Source: an uncultured virus (IMG/VR IMGVR_UViG_3300020439_001801) (taxonomy: Duplodnaviria > Heunggongvirae > Uroviricota > Caudoviricetes). Taken from it: a stretch of 59,664 nucleotides of DNA. The position numbers were made by a program, and so were the translations under genes. The stretch lies in the IMG/VR virus record IMGVR_UViG_3300020439_001801. One strand, given 5' to 3'. The notes under the pieces were generated by a model. It did no database searches. It saw only the letters and a list, made by a program, of their open reading frames with translations, and was not told the origin of the DNA. Within the stretch, counting starts at the first letter, position 1, and each line of letters starts with the position of its first letter. Below are positions 58,006 through 59,664 of the stretch, piece after piece.

Positions 58006-58013
58006 TATAAATA
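58006..58013 (-). promoter_or_regulatory. Putative late promoter motif TATTTATA
   Basis: Ends 3 nt upstream of ATG 58002. Confidence 0.55.
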
Positions 58014-58020
58014 TGTGGGT

Positions 58021-58191
58021 TTAGAATTTTGAACCCACAAGTTCTCTATAGGCTTGTTGATAAGCATCTACCCTTCTATCTTTGAATTCATCAGAACCCA
58101 TTATATCGTGGGCTCTATCCATTACTTCCTTTCTCATTCCTACCGAGTGTGATTCATATAGAATCTCCTCAATCATTTTTTCTTCAGTCAT
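58021..58191 (-). CDS. Small hypothetical protein, 56 aa
   Basis: MTEEKMIEEILYESHSVGMRKEV...ELVGSKF*; below the track cut-off. Confidence 0.6.
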   Translation of the reverse strand: MTEEKMIEEILYESHSVGMRKEVMDRAHDIMGSDEFKDRRVDAYQQAYRELVGSKF

Positions 58192-58318
58192 TTAATTGTT
58201 GTTGTAGTTTTTGAATTAGTAATCTTACATCCTCTGTTTGGGGATTCGTTTTAAGTTCGATTATTTTAGTTATAATCTCCTCTTTAGTTGAAGTTTTAAT
58301 AAATTGTTCTATATTCAT
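58184..58318 (-). CDS. Small hypothetical protein, 44 aa
   Basis: MNIEQFIKTSTKEEII...QQQLND*; fills the gap, overlapping the next gene. Confidence 0.55.
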   Translation of the reverse strand: MNIEQFIKTSTKEEIITKIIELKTNPQTEDVRLLIQKLQQQLND

Positions 58319-58320
58319 TT

Positions 58321-58776
58321 TCATATAATTGTTACATCATCATAATATTGTACAGATACTCCTGCTTCTTCAAACATCATTTCACTTCTTGCTGCTGATT
58401 CTATCCATTTATCTGATTTTGCTCCTCCACCTCTTTTTAGAAATATCCTAACAATACCAGCATTTATAATTGCTCTAGCACAATCAGCACAAACCATACC
58501 ACAAGTTAAGTACATAGTACATCCTTTTGTGGATACACCGATACGAGCTGCATTATATATAGCATTTCGTTCAGCGTGTTCAAACCAGTAATACTTTTCT
58601 GGTCTTTGTTGTCTCTCTGGTTTCCAATCATCAATTCCTCTTGGGAATGAGTTATAACCAGTAGATACAATTTCTTTATCTTTACCAACAATAACCGCAC
58701 CTATTTTAGTTCGATTATCTTTGGATTTTTCTTTTACTTGTTCAGCTATGTTATAAAAATATTCTACCCACCGCAT
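58321..58776 (-). CDS. dCMP deaminase
   Basis: SKD..TKIGAVIV, TGYN, HAERNA, CADC. Confidence 0.9.
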   Translation of the reverse strand: MRWVEYFYNIAEQVKEKSKDNRTKIGAVIVGKDKEIVSTGYNSFPRGIDDWKPERQQRPEKYYWFEHAERNAIYNAARIGVSTKGCTMYLTCGMVCADCARAIINAGIVRIFLKRGGGAKSDKWIESAARSEMMFEEAGVSVQYYDDVTII

Positions 58777-58788
58777 ATTATATACATA

Positions 58789-59322
58789 TTAAGTTAGTGT
58801 CTTTCTTATGTTAAAATGGTTATTTGTAAGAAAGAATATCATTACATATCTTGTTCCACTTACAACTGGTTTTGCTTGGTGTAGTAATTTAGATGGAAAT
58901 AAAATCATATTACCAATTTTCTTATCACATACAGTTTTTGTTACTTCATCGTTACTCCACACAATCAAATCACCGCCTTCATAATCATCAAAGTTTGATA
59001 GTTGTATAATTAAAGTTTTGTATCGTTTGTTTGAATCTTTGATTCCATTACCAATATCTCTATGTTTTTTAAATTCTTGTCCGATATCATATTTTAAAAT
59101 ATTAAAGTAATTCGGTAAACTTATAATATTATATTTCGATAGTTTTGGTAGTAATAATAACCTTATACCATCAGTTGTTTTTGTTAGAGATTCAGAACTT
59201 GTTCTATAAGAATTTTCATATGTGTTGTGTAATGATGCTACTCCACTTCTACTAAATCCCCTATTCATATCAATTATAGATTGACATTCATCAGATGTAA
59301 GTATTACTTCTTGATTAAACAT
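58789..59322 (-). CDS. 2OG-Fe(II) oxygenase (prolyl-4-hydroxylase-like)
   Basis: HRD, YEGGDL, FPS..LH...PV.SGTRY. Confidence 0.85.
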   Translation of the reverse strand: MFNQEVILTSDECQSIIDMNRGFSRSGVASLHNTYENSYRTSSESLTKTTDGIRLLLLPKLSKYNIISLPNYFNILKYDIGQEFKKHRDIGNGIKDSNKRYKTLIIQLSNFDDYEGGDLIVWSNDEVTKTVCDKKIGNMILFPSKLLHQAKPVVSGTRYVMIFFLTNNHFNIRKTLT

Positions 59323-59515
59323 ATTCCCAATCTGCTTCTTTTATTTCTTCACAAAACCAATAATCTCTGTTCTTTACTTTGAACATAGTATCAACACCTA
59401 ACCACTCTTTTACTAACTTTGCATCTCTAATTCTCTCAATTGGTATAACCGCATGTATCAGATAAGGTCTGTGGTTTATATATTCTATTGGTCTTTTGTA
59501 CGAAGGAAAAATCAT
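59315..59515 (-). CDS. Small hypothetical protein
   Basis: 66 aa ORF overlapping the next start. Confidence 0.55.
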   Translation of the reverse strand: MIFPSYKRPIEYINHRPYLIHAVIPIERIRDAKLVKEWLGVDTMFKVKNRDYWFCEEIKEADWEYV

Positions 59516-59527
59516 AATATATTTTAG

Positions 59528-59599
59528 TAGCCCGTAGGAGAATCGAACTCCTCTTTCTAGGATGAAAACCTAACGTCCTAACCGATAGACGAACGGGCC
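59528..59599 (-). tRNA. tRNA-Glu (TTC)
   Basis: GGCCCGT/ACGGGCT acceptor stem, anticodon loop TTTTCAT, GTTCGATT T-loop; no encoded CCA. Confidence 0.92.
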
Positions 59600-59606
59600 A
59601 ATGTTG

Positions 59607-59664
59607 TGGAGGATATCGGAGTCGAACCGATGACCTCTTCGGTGCAAGCGAAGCGCTCTAGCCA
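59607..59664 (-). tRNA. tRNA-Ala (TGC), 5' end truncated by window edge
   Basis: ...TGGCTAGAGCG CTTCG CTTGCAC CGAAG AGGTC ATCGG TTCGACT CCGAT ATCCTCCA. Confidence 0.88.

Noticed and set aside
3676..58013. TATAAATA as T4-type late promoters firing on the + strand
   Set aside because: No + strand genes follow, and positions track minus-strand starts; antisense transcription cannot be fully excluded
1..59664. Stop-codon reassignment, CRISPR array or diversity-generating retroelement
   Set aside because: Genes are full length under the standard code and end in TAA, TAG and TGA; no spaced direct repeats, reverse transcriptase or template/variable repeat pair was seen

Overview
A 59.7 kb segment of a large, strongly AT-rich (about 30% GC by eye, not computed) tailed dsDNA phage with a contractile-tail (myovirus-type) baseplate. 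Essentially every real gene is on the minus strand; the + strand ORFs in the track are shadows. Five copies of a TTTG...TAtaTT(T/A)(G/A) promoter, a Bacteroidota-style tRNA-Glu and an acidic lipoprotein point to a Bacteroidota (probably Flavobacteriia) host. By coordinate, the window holds: (1) a tail fibre with a C-terminal S74-type chaperone that runs off the left edge and is missing from the ORF track; (2) nucleotide-sugar enzymes, a fused Mre11/Rad50 (SbcDC), primase and a GIY-YIG protein; (3) a ~19 kb tail/baseplate block; (4) a carbamoyltransferase, a gp55-like sigma factor, a lysozyme-like protein, peptide deformylase, ThyA, UvsE, Hsp20, an HD protein, a 5'-nucleotidase and PhoH; (5) many glycosyl-, sulfo- and methyltransferases and SGNH proteins; (6) dCMP deaminase, a 2OG-Fe(II) oxygenase and two tRNAs. 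The two best candidates for an undescribed system are both inferences. The first is a dense [S/T]-[G/A/S]-S tripeptide, abundant in putative virion proteins and not seen in the cytoplasmic enzymes checked, which with the glycan/sulfation enzymes suggests phage-encoded virion glycosylation or sulfation. The second is a circularly permuted ATP-grasp-like protein carrying three tandem Hint domains separated by 2- and 5-residue linkers. All family calls come from motif recognition by eye; no searches were run.
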